In this document: positions 51,965 through 61,374 of the stretch, piece after piece | Position numbering within the stretch: position 1 is the stretch's first letter | How the letters are laid out: every line of letters begins with the position of its first letter | Source: Spirochaetia bacterium | Lineage (GTDB): Bacteria > Spirochaetota > Spirochaetia > WTKD01 > G963693115 | Assembly: GCA_965226055.1 (NCBI GenBank) | Contig: CBDDCA010000002.1 | Location: 64,001-128,000, forward strand | DNA: 64,000 bases | Reading direction: 5' to 3' | Program-made: the position numbers and the translations under genes | Notes under the pieces: model-generated | The model's database searches: none | The model's input: the letters and a program-made list of their open reading frames with translations, nothing else | Told to the model about the DNA's origin: nothing

Positions 51965-53418
51965 TGGGAAAAACAACAGGCTTTATGGAATATGAAAAAG
52001 AATCTATCCAATATCGCGATCCAAAGGAACGCATAAAAGATTTTGATGAATACTTATTATCTTTTCCTGAAGATGAGCGGAAACTACAAGGGGCGCGTTG
52101 TATGGATTGTGGTATTCCTTTTTGTCATTCTTCGTACGGATGCCCTGTAGATAATTTGATACCTGAGTGGAATCATCTTATATATAAAGGGCAATGGAAA
52201 GAAGCATATGTTAGATTGCGAAAAACAAATAATTTTCCAGAATTTACTGGACGTGTGTGTCCTGCCCCTTGTCAAACAGCATGTGTGTTAGGCATTAACG
52301 AAGAGCCAGTTACCATTAAAGATAACGAATATACCATTATCGAAAAAGCCTATGAAGAAGGATGGGTACAGCCTGATCCTCCAAAATTTCGCAATAATAA
52401 AAAAATTGCTATAGTAGGCAGTGGCCCTGCAGGATTAGCTGCAGCAGATCAGCTTAATCATCTTGGGTATACTGTTACCCTATATGAAAGAGATGATAGA
52501 ATTGGCGGCTTACTTATGTATGGTATTCCTAATATGAAGCTCAACAAAGAATTAGTAGAAAAAAGAAATAATATTATGCAAGAAGAAGGCGTTATTTTTT
52601 CATTAAATACGGATATAGGAAAAGATATTAAAGTTCAACAAGTATTAGAAAACAATGATGCTCTATTGCTTACCTGTGGAGCAACAAAGCCGAGAGATCT
52701 TGCTATTCCTGGTCGTGATTTAGAAGGCATACATTTCGCTATGGATTTTCTAAAACTAAATACAAAAAGTCTTTTGGATAGCAATTTATCGGACGGAAAG
52801 TTTATTAGTGCAAAAGGAAAAAAGGTGCTTGTTATAGGCGGGGGAGATACAGGGAATGATTGTATAGGTACTTCTATGCGTCATGGGTGTACTTCTCTAT
52901 TCAATTTTGAGCTTCTCTCTAAGCCTCATCCGCAAAGAAGTGCCCAAGATCCATGGCCTTTGTATCCTCGAGTACTCAAAAATGATTATGGACATGTGGA
53001 AGTACAAGCAAAATTTGGGAAAGATCCAAGAGAATTTTCTATACTCACAAAAGAATTTCTTAGTAAAGATGGAAAAACTGTCTCAGGGGTGCGTACAGTA
53101 AAAGTTGTGTGGGAGAAAAAAGATTCAGCATCACGTCCTGTACCAGTAGAAGTTCCTCACTCAGAAGAAATATGGGATGTTGATCTTGTATTGCTTGCAC
53201 TAGGATTTTTAGGTCCTGAAGATTATCTCATTGACACATTATCGCTTGAACGTGATACAAGAACGAATGTAAAAACATCACTCAATAAGTATGCCACTTC
53301 TTTTGATAAAGTATTTTCTGCAGGAGATATGCGCAGAGGACAATCTTTAGTAGTATGGGCTATACATGAAGGACGCAAGGCAGCAGAAGAAATACATCAG
53401 TATCTTACTCATTCATGA
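51964..53418 (+). CDS. gltD: Glutamate synthase small subunit
   Basis: RCMDCGIPFC, NNFPEFTGRVCPAPC, GSGPAG, GDMRRGQSLVVWAI. Confidence 0.98.
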   Translation: MGKTTGFMEYEKESIQYRDPKERIKDFDEYLLSFPEDERKLQGARCMDCGIPFCHSSYGCPVDNLIPEWNHLIYKGQWKEAYVRLRKTNNFPEFTGRVCPAPCQTACVLGINEEPVTIKDNEYTIIEKAYEEGWVQPDPPKFRNNKKIAIVGSGPAGLAAADQLNHLGYTVTLYERDDRIGGLLMYGIPNMKLNKELVEKRNNIMQEEGVIFSLNTDIGKDIKVQQVLENNDALLLTCGATKPRDLAIPGRDLEGIHFAMDFLKLNTKSLLDSNLSDGKFISAKGKKVLVIGGGDTGNDCIGTSMRHGCTSLFNFELLSKPHPQRSAQDPWPLYPRVLKNDYGHVEVQAKFGKDPREFSILTKEFLSKDGKTVSGVRTVKVVWEKKDSASRPVPVEVPHSEEIWDVDLVLLALGFLGPEDYLIDTLSLERDTRTNVKTSLNKYATSFDKVFSAGDMRRGQSLVVWAIHEGRKAAEEIHQYLTHS

Positions 53419-53476
53419 TCATATATACTAAAAGTAAGTATTAGTATATTGTAGTATACTATATCTTATATAGCAT

Positions 53477-54289
53477 ATGTCAACAATTTTAGATACCATT
53501 ATACAGAAGAAAATACAAGAAGAAGCTCATAAATGGAATATTTTTGATAGAGAGAAAGCTCTTTACCAACATCAGTTACATACAGAGTATAGAATACCAT
53601 CTTGCCTTACTATTGATACTCATAGGAATGCTCCACTCAAACTCATTGCTGAAATAAAACAAGCGTCTCCTTCGCAAGGCATAATCTGTGAAGACTTTGA
53701 TCCTGTAAACATTGCTAGGCAATATGTTACTTCAAAAGCTCATGCAATATCGATATTAACAGAAAAGCATTACTTTAAGGGCAGTCTCGAAGATTTATAT
53801 TCGGTACGAAAAGAAGTTTCGCTTCCTTTGCTCTGTAAAGATTTTATAGTAGATTGTTACCAAGTGTACCAAGCGTATATATATGGGGCAGATATAATGT
53901 TACTTATTGTAGCAGCATTGGATGATTCTATGCTGAGAATGTTATTTGATTATATACGAGGCTTTGGTATGCAAAGTTTAATTGAAGTACACACAAAGCA
54001 AGAGTTAGAAAGAGTGTTTTCTGTATTTTCAAATGAAGAGCTAATACAAGCGCATGCTCTCGTAGGAATCAATAATAGAAACTTACATAATTTTTCTGTA
54101 GATTTATATACAACAGAAAGCATTGCACCATACATTCCTTCCAACATAGCTATTGTTGCAGAATCAGGAATATTTAGTAAGCAAGACGCTATGTTTGTAA
54201 AAAATGCAGGAGCTCATGCAATTCTTGTAGGGCAAGGCATATTACAGCATGGCTCTATATCTACTGTCATTCGGGAGTTGATATCCTAA
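53477..54289 (+). CDS. trpC: Indole-3-glycerol-phosphate synthase
   Basis: IAEIKQASPSQG, SILTE, KDF, GINNRNL, AESGI. Confidence 0.95.
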   Translation: MSTILDTIIQKKIQEEAHKWNIFDREKALYQHQLHTEYRIPSCLTIDTHRNAPLKLIAEIKQASPSQGIICEDFDPVNIARQYVTSKAHAISILTEKHYFKGSLEDLYSVRKEVSLPLLCKDFIVDCYQVYQAYIYGADIMLLIVAALDDSMLRMLFDYIRGFGMQSLIEVHTKQELERVFSVFSNEELIQAHALVGINNRNLHNFSVDLYTTESIAPYIPSNIAIVAESGIFSKQDAMFVKNAGAHAILVGQGILQHGSISTVIRELIS

Positions 54290-54296
54290 CTTTGTT

Positions 54297-55070
54297 ATGA
54301 ATAAAAAAAGTGATAATACATCATTGCATAAGGTACATGTAAAATACTGTGGCTTAAAGACAGTCGATGATATTTTGTGTGCATCAGAATGTAATATAGA
54401 TTATATAGGACTTATGTTTTATAAAAAATCATCACGTTTTCTCTCTATACAACAGGCAAAATCTGTACTGGAGCAAGCAAAAAAACAGAGGAAAGGAATA
54501 TTTTTTCCAAAAGTTGTTGGGGTATTTGTTGATAGCCATTTTGATGAAATTCAAACAGCTATAGCGTATCTTAATTTAGATATAGTTCAGCTGTATTCTG
54601 GATATATAGAATATGCACAATATACATGTCCGTATTGGTCTTCAATACGAGTGAAAGAACATAACGATATTGTTGCTTTAGAAACTATACTTTATGAGAA
54701 AGATAAAGAAGAAAACAGAGGTGTCAATACGGTATCGGATATACAACATAATAAAGGGAGTCTCACCGCTATGAGTGCTCAACAAATATTGCATTCAAAT
54801 GCACTTATTATTGATTCCTATTCTGCTACTGCGTATGGAGGAACAGGGGAAGCATTTAACTGGGATGTACTTAAAAATACAGCTATCTCAATACCCTATT
54901 TTATTGCTGGAGGTATTAGGGAGGAAAATGTCAAAGAGGTACTCATGCATGCTCCATATGGTATTGACATAAGCTCAGGAATAGAAAAAACTCCAGGAGT
55001 AAAAGATCATACGCTTATGAGAAACATAGCAAATATTGTACAACAGTATAATATTTCTGTTATGAAATAA
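54297..55070 (+). CDS. trpF: Phosphoribosylanthranilate isomerase
   Basis: VKYCGL, VGVFV, GGTGEAFNW, IAGGI, IDISSGIE..PGVKD. Confidence 0.93.
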   Translation: MNKKSDNTSLHKVHVKYCGLKTVDDILCASECNIDYIGLMFYKKSSRFLSIQQAKSVLEQAKKQRKGIFFPKVVGVFVDSHFDEIQTAIAYLNLDIVQLYSGYIEYAQYTCPYWSSIRVKEHNDIVALETILYEKDKEENRGVNTVSDIQHNKGSLTAMSAQQILHSNALIIDSYSATAYGGTGEAFNWDVLKNTAISIPYFIAGGIREENVKEVLMHAPYGIDISSGIEKTPGVKDHTLMRNIANIVQQYNISVMK

Positions 55071-55861
55071 CAACACAAAGAAAGTTTTTTATACTACAAT
55101 AACTATTGTATATGATACTATTATGCAATAAAACAAACAGTAAGGAGTATTTGTATGAAAGATAGCTACAAAAGTAAAGGGCTACAGAGCCTGAAAATTG
55201 AGGGGGTACACTCTTGATATAAGAAAAACCTACCTATAGTATTTGCACTATTTTTAGTGCTAGCAATAGCTACCTTCGTACTCGTAGGATGTTCGGAGGG
55301 CAGTAGCAGTTCCTCAGGCAGAGAGGGAACACCAATAACACCGACACTCGCATCAGTGTCCAATGTGCAGATACAAGCAGCAGGCAATGACGTGACACTC
55401 TCGTTACGCTGGGAAGCTCCCAGTGATGCTACACATGTAGTTATAACGACAACATCTATAACGCCATCTATAGTATCAGCACAATCAATACAAGCGTGTA
55501 CTCCTTCAATAGAATACCTTACATTATTTCAACAAGACAGATCCTACACCCTCAGAGGCTTGCATTCTACCACTGATTATACAGTAGAGATAGAAGCCCA
55601 AAAATCAGACGCAGGCTCAGACACAGAAGTATCACCAAAAACAACACGCTCTGTGACAACACTGACCGATGAAACTGCACCGCAGGACACCTTTACACGG
55701 GTAGCAGTAGAGAAAGCATAAAACGATAGTATAAAGCTAACATGGGACAAAGCACTATTATCGTCAGGCAAGACAGACATAGCAGAAGCCACATACAAGT
55801 GATAAAGACAGAAGTATCGGTACAAGATGTAACACAAGGAGAAGTGAGCATTGCTGTCCCC

Positions 55862-57075
55862 TGGAGTTTTACCATTTCGTGTGAACCCTTTTGATAAAAT
55901 CAGTGTACCACAAAATTTCTATTATGCCAAGTGTGTAGAGTTCGTGTTGTAAGGAAAGTATCAACAATAAGAGGGCGCAGAGTAAGCACACAAGGATCCA
56001 GAGAAGGACTTTTTTCTTTGAGTAATATAGCAGGAGAGCCGTGTTTATAAGAGTTATGGCGTTGATGATTAAAGCTATATTGATACTCACTACTTAAGTG
56101 TAAAAAAGTACTGAGAGTAGGATTCTGCATTTTTGCATAGCATTCAGTTTCAATAAGTTTATGAGAAGCCTCGACATCAGAATTGTAAGGAGGAGAAGCA
56201 TATGGGATAGTAGTATGCTGTGCCTCATATGCCGCAAGAGAAGCAACAAAAGCAGACTGTTTTGTACTAAAAGCCCCTGAGATAAACTCAGAGCCATTAT
56301 CAGTTTGAATAGTAATAGAGGAAGTATCAACGTGAAAAGAAGCAAGATGAGTAAGCAGATATTCAATAAACAAAGCGGTGTGAGAAGAGCTTTTTTGAGT
56401 GGCAAAGCATATCCATAAAGCCCCTGTAGCAACATCGCGTGCGGTAATTTGATACTTTGGGAGGCAAAATTTGCGTAATGAGAAGTATAATTCGGGGATA
56501 TCAGTAAGATATTTAATGTCTACTTGTATTTTGTGACAAAATTGAAGTAGTGTTTTCCATAGGCGTGCTTCTTGGTTTCTTTGTGCTTTTTGCTTTTTAC
56601 TTGTCTTATAATACCCCATCTTTCTCAGATACTTAATAATAGTTTTTATGGAATAAGGAATATGATACTCTCGTTTTATATGAGAGGCAATACATCGTTG
56701 ATGATAATGCTGTAATGTTTCGCATATCTCTTTGAGTTTTAACTGATAGTAAAGTATCATAGTATCTGGATGCTCTACTGAAGCAGGACGTCTATCATAG
56801 AGCATAGCTTTAGGCTTCTCTTTGTATCTTTGCAACCACTTGCGTACGGTATTAGGAGATACATGAAAGATACGAGCAGTACTTTTGATACCGTGTTCTT
56901 TTGCAGAAAGTGCTATAGCTAAGCGTACTTTATGCAGTTCTTTTTGATTTCTTGTATTATAAAGTGTAGAGTATATCATGTACTCACCCCCTTTTTTTGT
57001 TTTTGTTTGTTATTTCCATGATAGTATAATTACTATCATGGATTTTGGGGGTTCACACAAGATGGTAAAAGTACA
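55862..57075 (-). mobile_element. IS481-like insertion sequence (1214 bp) with 14-bp target duplication
   Basis: 27-bp IRs TGGAGTTTTACCATTTCGTGTGAACCC and TGTACTTTTACCATCTTGTGTGAACCC; direct repeat GCATTGCTGTCCCC at 55848-55861 and 57076-57089. Confidence 0.9.
55900..56979 (-). CDS. DDE transposase (HTH + integrase core), IS481-like
   Basis: TARIFHVSPNTVRKWLQRY HTH; QVDIKY, QTDNGSEF, NSDVEASH, FNHQRHN; single ORF. Confidence 0.88.
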   Translation of the reverse strand: MIYSTLYNTRNQKELHKVRLAIALSAKEHGIKSTARIFHVSPNTVRKWLQRYKEKPKAMLYDRRPASVEHPDTMILYYQLKLKEICETLQHYHQRCIASHIKREYHIPYSIKTIIKYLRKMGYYKTSKKQKAQRNQEARLWKTLLQFCHKIQVDIKYLTDIPELYFSLRKFCLPKYQITARDVATGALWICFATQKSSSHTALFIEYLLTHLASFHVDTSSITIQTDNGSEFISGAFSTKQSAFVASLAAYEAQHTTIPYASPPYNSDVEASHKLIETECYAKMQNPTLSTFLHLSSEYQYSFNHQRHNSYKHGSPAILLKEKSPSLDPCVLTLRPLIVDTFLTTRTLHTWHNRNFVVH

Positions 57076-58633
57076 GCATTGCTGTCCCCACCATAGACGG
57101 CATAAGCTATGATATAGTAGTATTATACAAAGATAGCAACGGTAACAAAAGTACCGCAAAGCAAGCACTCAGAGGTATAGTACCCTCAGCACTCTCACAA
57201 ACAGTAGCAGCGCTCCCAGAGGCAGATCTTACAGTAACAGCAAACGATAAAAGCAATAGCCCAGCAGATGAAAGCTTGCTTATTAAGTGAGGAAATGTTA
57301 TCTTTACAGATAAAAGCCTCTAAGTACGAGTAACAGCAACAAATATTCTCATAGCATACGAAACAGTGAGCAATAGCAGTACTGCCAAACTCAGATCTGC
57401 AAGTGCAGACAACTAAGAGTACGCCACTGTATATGTAGCAAAGGACGGCATAGCCCTCACAAAACTCTATGGCACGCTTACCTACAAAGTAGAAGTACAT
57501 GTCTCTAAAAATGGAAAGTACTCCACTGCAGTGTCAAAAGAACAAGCAACAACAGACAAAAGCACAGAGCCTGTAAGCAATGTGAGTGCCATAGGAGGAT
57601 CAACAAGCATAGTAGTAGGCTGGCAAGCCCCCGATGTACGAGATTATGCAGGAGTAACTATAACAGCAACAGAAAAGGACAGCACCCGATGCAGTAACAA
57701 GCATACAAGCAAGCTATCCCTTTGTATCAAATACAAAAGTAGGCACACAGATAACATGGACAGCCCCGATACAATAAAAGCCAACAACAAAGACATAAAA
57801 GAATATAGCATAAGCATACAATAGAAAGGCACAAGTACTGCAGTACTGAGTGAGAATAAAATACCCTATTCCACAACAGCACTCTCTGTAGAAGAACTCA
57901 CGCAAAGCAAAACATATACAATAACAATACTCAGCTATGATTACTCAGAAAACAAAAGTAGCAAAGCTATACAAGACATAACCACACCTCACTCACTCAC
58001 AGCTCCCTCAGAAGATCTCTTTCAAAGCAAGCCTACACTTGACACAAGTACAGGAGCAATACAAATAAAAGCAACTTTTAAGAATGCTCCTGGCATAGGA
58101 AGATACTACATCCTGCGTATGAAAGATGGCACTACACTGGTAGCAGAAAAAAGCATAACAGGAATAGCAACCATCACTAGCTTTGGGATAGCAGACGGCT
58201 TAGAGGTACCCAAGAAACAAGCAAATGCCAATAATTATCGCTTTGATTTTTTGCAAATAGCAAATAATAGAGTAAGCCATGTAACCACTCTTGCTGATGC
58301 AGTAGCAGTATACGACAGTACCTCAAAGCCACTGCCAGCTCCCAAAGATGCAAAGCTCTCCATAGTGTCAGTAACCCAAACAACCGCAACAGCAGTCTAT
58401 ACATTTAGTGCAGGAGACAGTACTGATACTAACAAAGCACCCAGTGGAAGCAAACTCATGCAAGCACAAATACAATACAAAGTATACATAGCAGCAGGAG
58501 ACCATAGCACAAAGACACTAGACGAAATAAAAGTCCTTGCAGGAGTACAAACACGGGAGCTAGCAGGAAACAGTGCAGAATTAAAAGCAATATTTATAAG
58601 AAAGAAAGATGCAACATATACTGCAGGAATAGA

Positions 58634-59395
58634 AGAGTAAGCCATGTAGCGATGCATAACAAAGCCTATGCGGTGCATGACAGCTTTTGGGAGGAATACT
58701 ATCCTCCCAATGGCTGGGGATGTCAGTGTTATGTGGTGAGCATGGACGAAGAAGAGCTACAAGAGTATAGCATTGTAAAAGCTGATGCACTTGATACACA
58801 GCGATTAGCAAGTACTACTCCACAAGAATGGAAGCAAAACAGTGCTTTAGAGACACTTGTACCCCGCTTTGGAGAGATGAAGTATTTGCAAAGCCGTCCT
58901 GATGTGATGAAACAGATACAAAGTGCCTATGCAAAGGATATGAGAGGGAGTGCCTTGACCAGTGGTGAATTGGCATCCCTTGCAAAGAAGATAGCAAACT
59001 ATGGCAAAGGCAATCAAGTACCCAATGTACCAGTGCTATTGGGAGCAATGAGTGATGAAGTGTGGGATGCAGTAAAAACAAAACTGCCTGAAGTAGATGT
59101 ACGACTGCAGGGCACCACAGAAGATGTTGCGCATGCAATGCGAGAGAAGAAGGTGCATAAAGTGCCTGATGAGGCACTAAAGCATGTAAGTAGTGTGATG
59201 AGTGAGCCTGATGTGGTGTATGAAGAAGACAACGAGCTTATTTTTTGGAAAGAAGTAGAGAAAGAGAAGTATATACGAGTAGCGTTTGGCTATAAGAATA
59301 AGAAGTTATTGCGTATGAGGAGTTTTGATTATTTAGAAGGATCGTTAAAGAAAGATGATGTATTAAAAAATAAGGTGAAAGTGTATGAAAAATAA
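58634..59395 (+). CDS. Phage MuF (Mu gp30 / SPP1 gp7) minor head protein, 5'-truncated, with C-terminal BECR/PBECR-like nuclease extension
   Basis: RVSHVAMHN...DSFWEEYYPPNGWGCQC MuF core end; C-terminal AH..R...EPDVVYE..LIFWK..RSF pattern. Confidence 0.75.
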   Translation, partial: RVSHVAMHNKAYAVHDSFWEEYYPPNGWGCQCYVVSMDEEELQEYSIVKADALDTQRLASTTPQEWKQNSALETLVPRFGEMKYLQSRPDVMKQIQSAYAKDMRGSALTSGELASLAKKIANYGKGNQVPNVPVLLGAMSDEVWDAVKTKLPEVDVRLQGTTEDVAHAMREKKVHKVPDEALKHVSSVMSEPDVVYEEDNELIFWKEVEKEKYIRVAFGYKNKKLLRMRSFDYLEGSLKKDDVLKNKVKVYEK

Positions 59396-59397
59396 AA

Positions 59398-59471
59398 TGA
59401 TTGCATGGGGGGGCTCGAACCCACCTTTTGAGGACACGCCTCTAAGCCATCCTGTTGCCATCATGCAATCA
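59398..59471 (-). ncRNA. 74-nt tRNA-like RNA with a non-canonical anticodon arm
   Basis: 10-bp closing stem TGATTGCATG/CATGCAATCA, GG-containing D-like loop, GAGG-CGTGT-CCTC mini arm, T-arm GTGGG-TTCGAGC-CCCCC stacked on the acceptor stem. Confidence 0.65.
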
Positions 59472-59482
59472 CTCTATATAAG

Positions 59483-59511
59483 AGTATGAAAGAAACTGAC
59501 AATAAAGTCAA
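59483..59511 (-). promoter_or_regulatory. Sigma70-type promoter for the tRNA-like RNA
   Basis: TTGACT (59511-59506), 17-nt spacer, CATACT (59488-59483), 11 nt before the RNA's 5' stem. Confidence 0.65.
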
Positions 59512-59529
59512 GTAAAAAAGGAGAGTAAA

Positions 59530-59967
59530 ATGAAAAGAATGTTTTTAGTCTTTTTGATTTTATCGAGTGTGCTGTTTTCTGTATTTGCAGAAGACATTGA
59601 AAATGTAAAGTTTAAGAGAGTGTACGATGGGGATACTTTTTTCGTAGACATTGATGGTGTGCCTGATGTCTTTGGGGAGGGGGTAGGAGTGCGATTACGG
59701 GGAGTAGATACTCCCGAAATACGTGGCGATTGTCCTACTGAGAAAGCACTGGCGTATCAAGCAAAAGAATATGTGGCAGCGGTGCTTGAGAGTGCTGAGC
59801 GCATTGATTTACTAAACGTAACGAGAGGGAAATACTTTAGAATTGTGGCGTCTGTTGTGGTTGATGAGAAAATACATATAAGTGAAGAGCTCATCCGCAA
59901 GAGGCTTGGAGTAAGATACTACGGGGGAAAGAAAACAAAGAGCTGGTGTAATGGAGGGAGCGGGTAA
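59530..59967 (+). CDS. Secreted thermonuclease (SNase / micrococcal nuclease family)
   Basis: Signal peptide; RVYDGDTF, VRLRGVDTPE, GKYFRIVA. Confidence 0.9.
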   Translation: MKRMFLVFLILSSVLFSVFAEDIENVKFKRVYDGDTFFVDIDGVPDVFGEGVGVRLRGVDTPEIRGDCPTEKALAYQAKEYVAAVLESAERIDLLNVTRGKYFRIVASVVVDEKIHISEELIRKRLGVRYYGGKKTKSWCNGGSG

Positions 59968-60110
59968 TGTTTTGGATTGGGGTTTTTGTTGGCATAGGGA
60001 TCGTTGTAATAGCAGCGGTGGCATGTGTGATCGTAGCAAAAGGACTTACATACAAGTACAAGCACTCTAAAAATGGCTCTCGCATTCCATCAGGAAAGTA
60101 CAATGATTAG
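59967..60110 (+). CDS. 47-aa single-TM protein MFWIGVFVGIGIVVIAAVACVIVAKGLTYKYK...
   Basis: TAATG stop-start coupling to the nuclease gene, GGAG RBS, TM helix plus basic tail; absent from the ORF track. Confidence 0.55.
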   Translation: MFWIGVFVGIGIVVIAAVACVIVAKGLTYKYKHSKNGSRIPSGKYND

Positions 60111-60143
60111 CATTGTTCGAAAGAGGTTTCAAGGGAGGAAACA

Positions 60144-60362
60144 ATGAAAGTATTGTTGATTATTTTAGGATTGGTATGTATTCCTTTTGCGGTTTACTAT
60201 TTATGCAACCTAATAAAGTGGTGTGTAGGATTTTTGGTTACAGTGCTGGTAGTAATGGCATTGTTTCTTGCTTGGATATTCCAGCATTGCACCAAGAAAG
60301 TACTGTTATGGGTACTCTTTGGCATAACGATAGCGGTGTTGTTATTGCTCTTTGCATGGTAA
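60144..60362 (+). CDS. 72-aa very hydrophobic membrane protein
   Basis: GGAGG RBS; about three hydrophobic segments. Confidence 0.6.
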   Translation: MKVLLIILGLVCIPFAVYYLCNLIKWCVGFLVTVLVVMALFLAWIFQHCTKKVLLWVLFGITIAVLLLLFAW

Positions 60363-60380
60363 AGAGAAGGAGTTGTGAGT

Positions 60381-61319
60381 ATGAAGATATTGATATTTAG
60401 GCCTGGCAAATGGAACGGGATACAGTTTAGTAAAGAGTTTTGTATAGCACTTGCAAAGCGGTATAATGCACAAAAAGGGGCAGTAAAAGCACCGCTGGTA
60501 ATAGGGCATCAATGGCAGACGAAGATTGAAAATGAACTTGCAGAAGGCTGGGTAACGGAGCTAGAATATACTGATTCGGGTATTGTATATGCTCTGTGTA
60601 ATGAGGTGAGCGAGAACTTGAAGGGGTATATAGAAGACAAGCGATTACGCTATGCGTCTATAGAGTTTAAGTATAGTGTTGGGAAAGATGAAGCGATAGA
60701 AAATCCTGATTTATTGCGGGTAGCATTGTTAGGGCGTCATGCCCCTGCAGTGAAAGGAGCGAGAATAGTAAAGTTTTCAGAAGAGAAAGAAGACGATACG
60801 TATCGTACCAGTGTAAATTTTGATATGAGTGAGCAAGGGGGAGTAGTATCCTCTTTCGAAGAACATACAAATATTCCAGAAACAAAGGAGGAAGATATGA
60901 ATGAAGTGCAACAAATGCAAGAAACACTTGCAAAAAACGAGGTAGCGCTTGCAGAGAAAGACAAGCGAATAGCAGAGCTTGAAGCAAAGGAGAAGCTCCG
61001 CGAAAGTGAAGCGTTTGCTGATAGTTTGGTAAAAGAAGGCCGTCTTACGCCATCGCAAAAGGATGCAGTAGCAAGTTTACATGCAAGCCTCAGCGGTGAG
61101 CAGCAAAAGCAGTATGGGCAGACGCTCAAAGCAAGTCCTGTGCTTACGCAGTTGAGTAAACAAGAGACAGTATCAGATACTACAGGATCACTGTCGCTCT
61201 CTGACAAAGTAAAAGCATATCAAGCAAAGCATGGGATAGGAAGCTATGCTGATGCACTACAACGGCTTTCGTTAGAAGATGCTGAGTTTGCAAAACAGCT
61301 TAAAGCAGAGCAGGGCTAG
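60381..61319 (+). CDS. Mu-like prohead protease / scaffold
   Basis: IFRPGKW, APLVIGH, AEGWV, RYASIE, VALLGRHAPAVKG; coiled-coil C-terminus with GRLTPSQ. Confidence 0.85.
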   Translation: MKILIFRPGKWNGIQFSKEFCIALAKRYNAQKGAVKAPLVIGHQWQTKIENELAEGWVTELEYTDSGIVYALCNEVSENLKGYIEDKRLRYASIEFKYSVGKDEAIENPDLLRVALLGRHAPAVKGARIVKFSEEKEDDTYRTSVNFDMSEQGGVVSSFEEHTNIPETKEEDMNEVQQMQETLAKNEVALAEKDKRIAELEAKEKLRESEAFADSLVKEGRLTPSQKDAVASLHASLSGEQQKQYGQTLKASPVLTQLSKQETVSDTTGSLSLSDKVKAYQAKHGIGSYADALQRLSLEDAEFAKQLKAEQG

Positions 61320-61374
61320 AGTGCTATATTGCTATGCAATATATGAATACTACACAAAAGATAAGGAGTAATAT

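Larger units (their letters stand above)
55155..58635 (+). pseudogene. Third paralogue of the large FN3-like/DUF285 lipoprotein, pseudogenised
   Basis: AAGGAG RBS and ATG 55155; premature TGA at 55215, several further stops and frameshifts, internal deletion near 57685, IS insertion, and truncation at about 58635. Confidence 0.9.

Noticed and set aside
59398-59471. Canonical tRNA gene
   Set aside because: Anticodon arm is only 4 bp with a 5-nt loop and there is no CCA; kept only as tRNA-like
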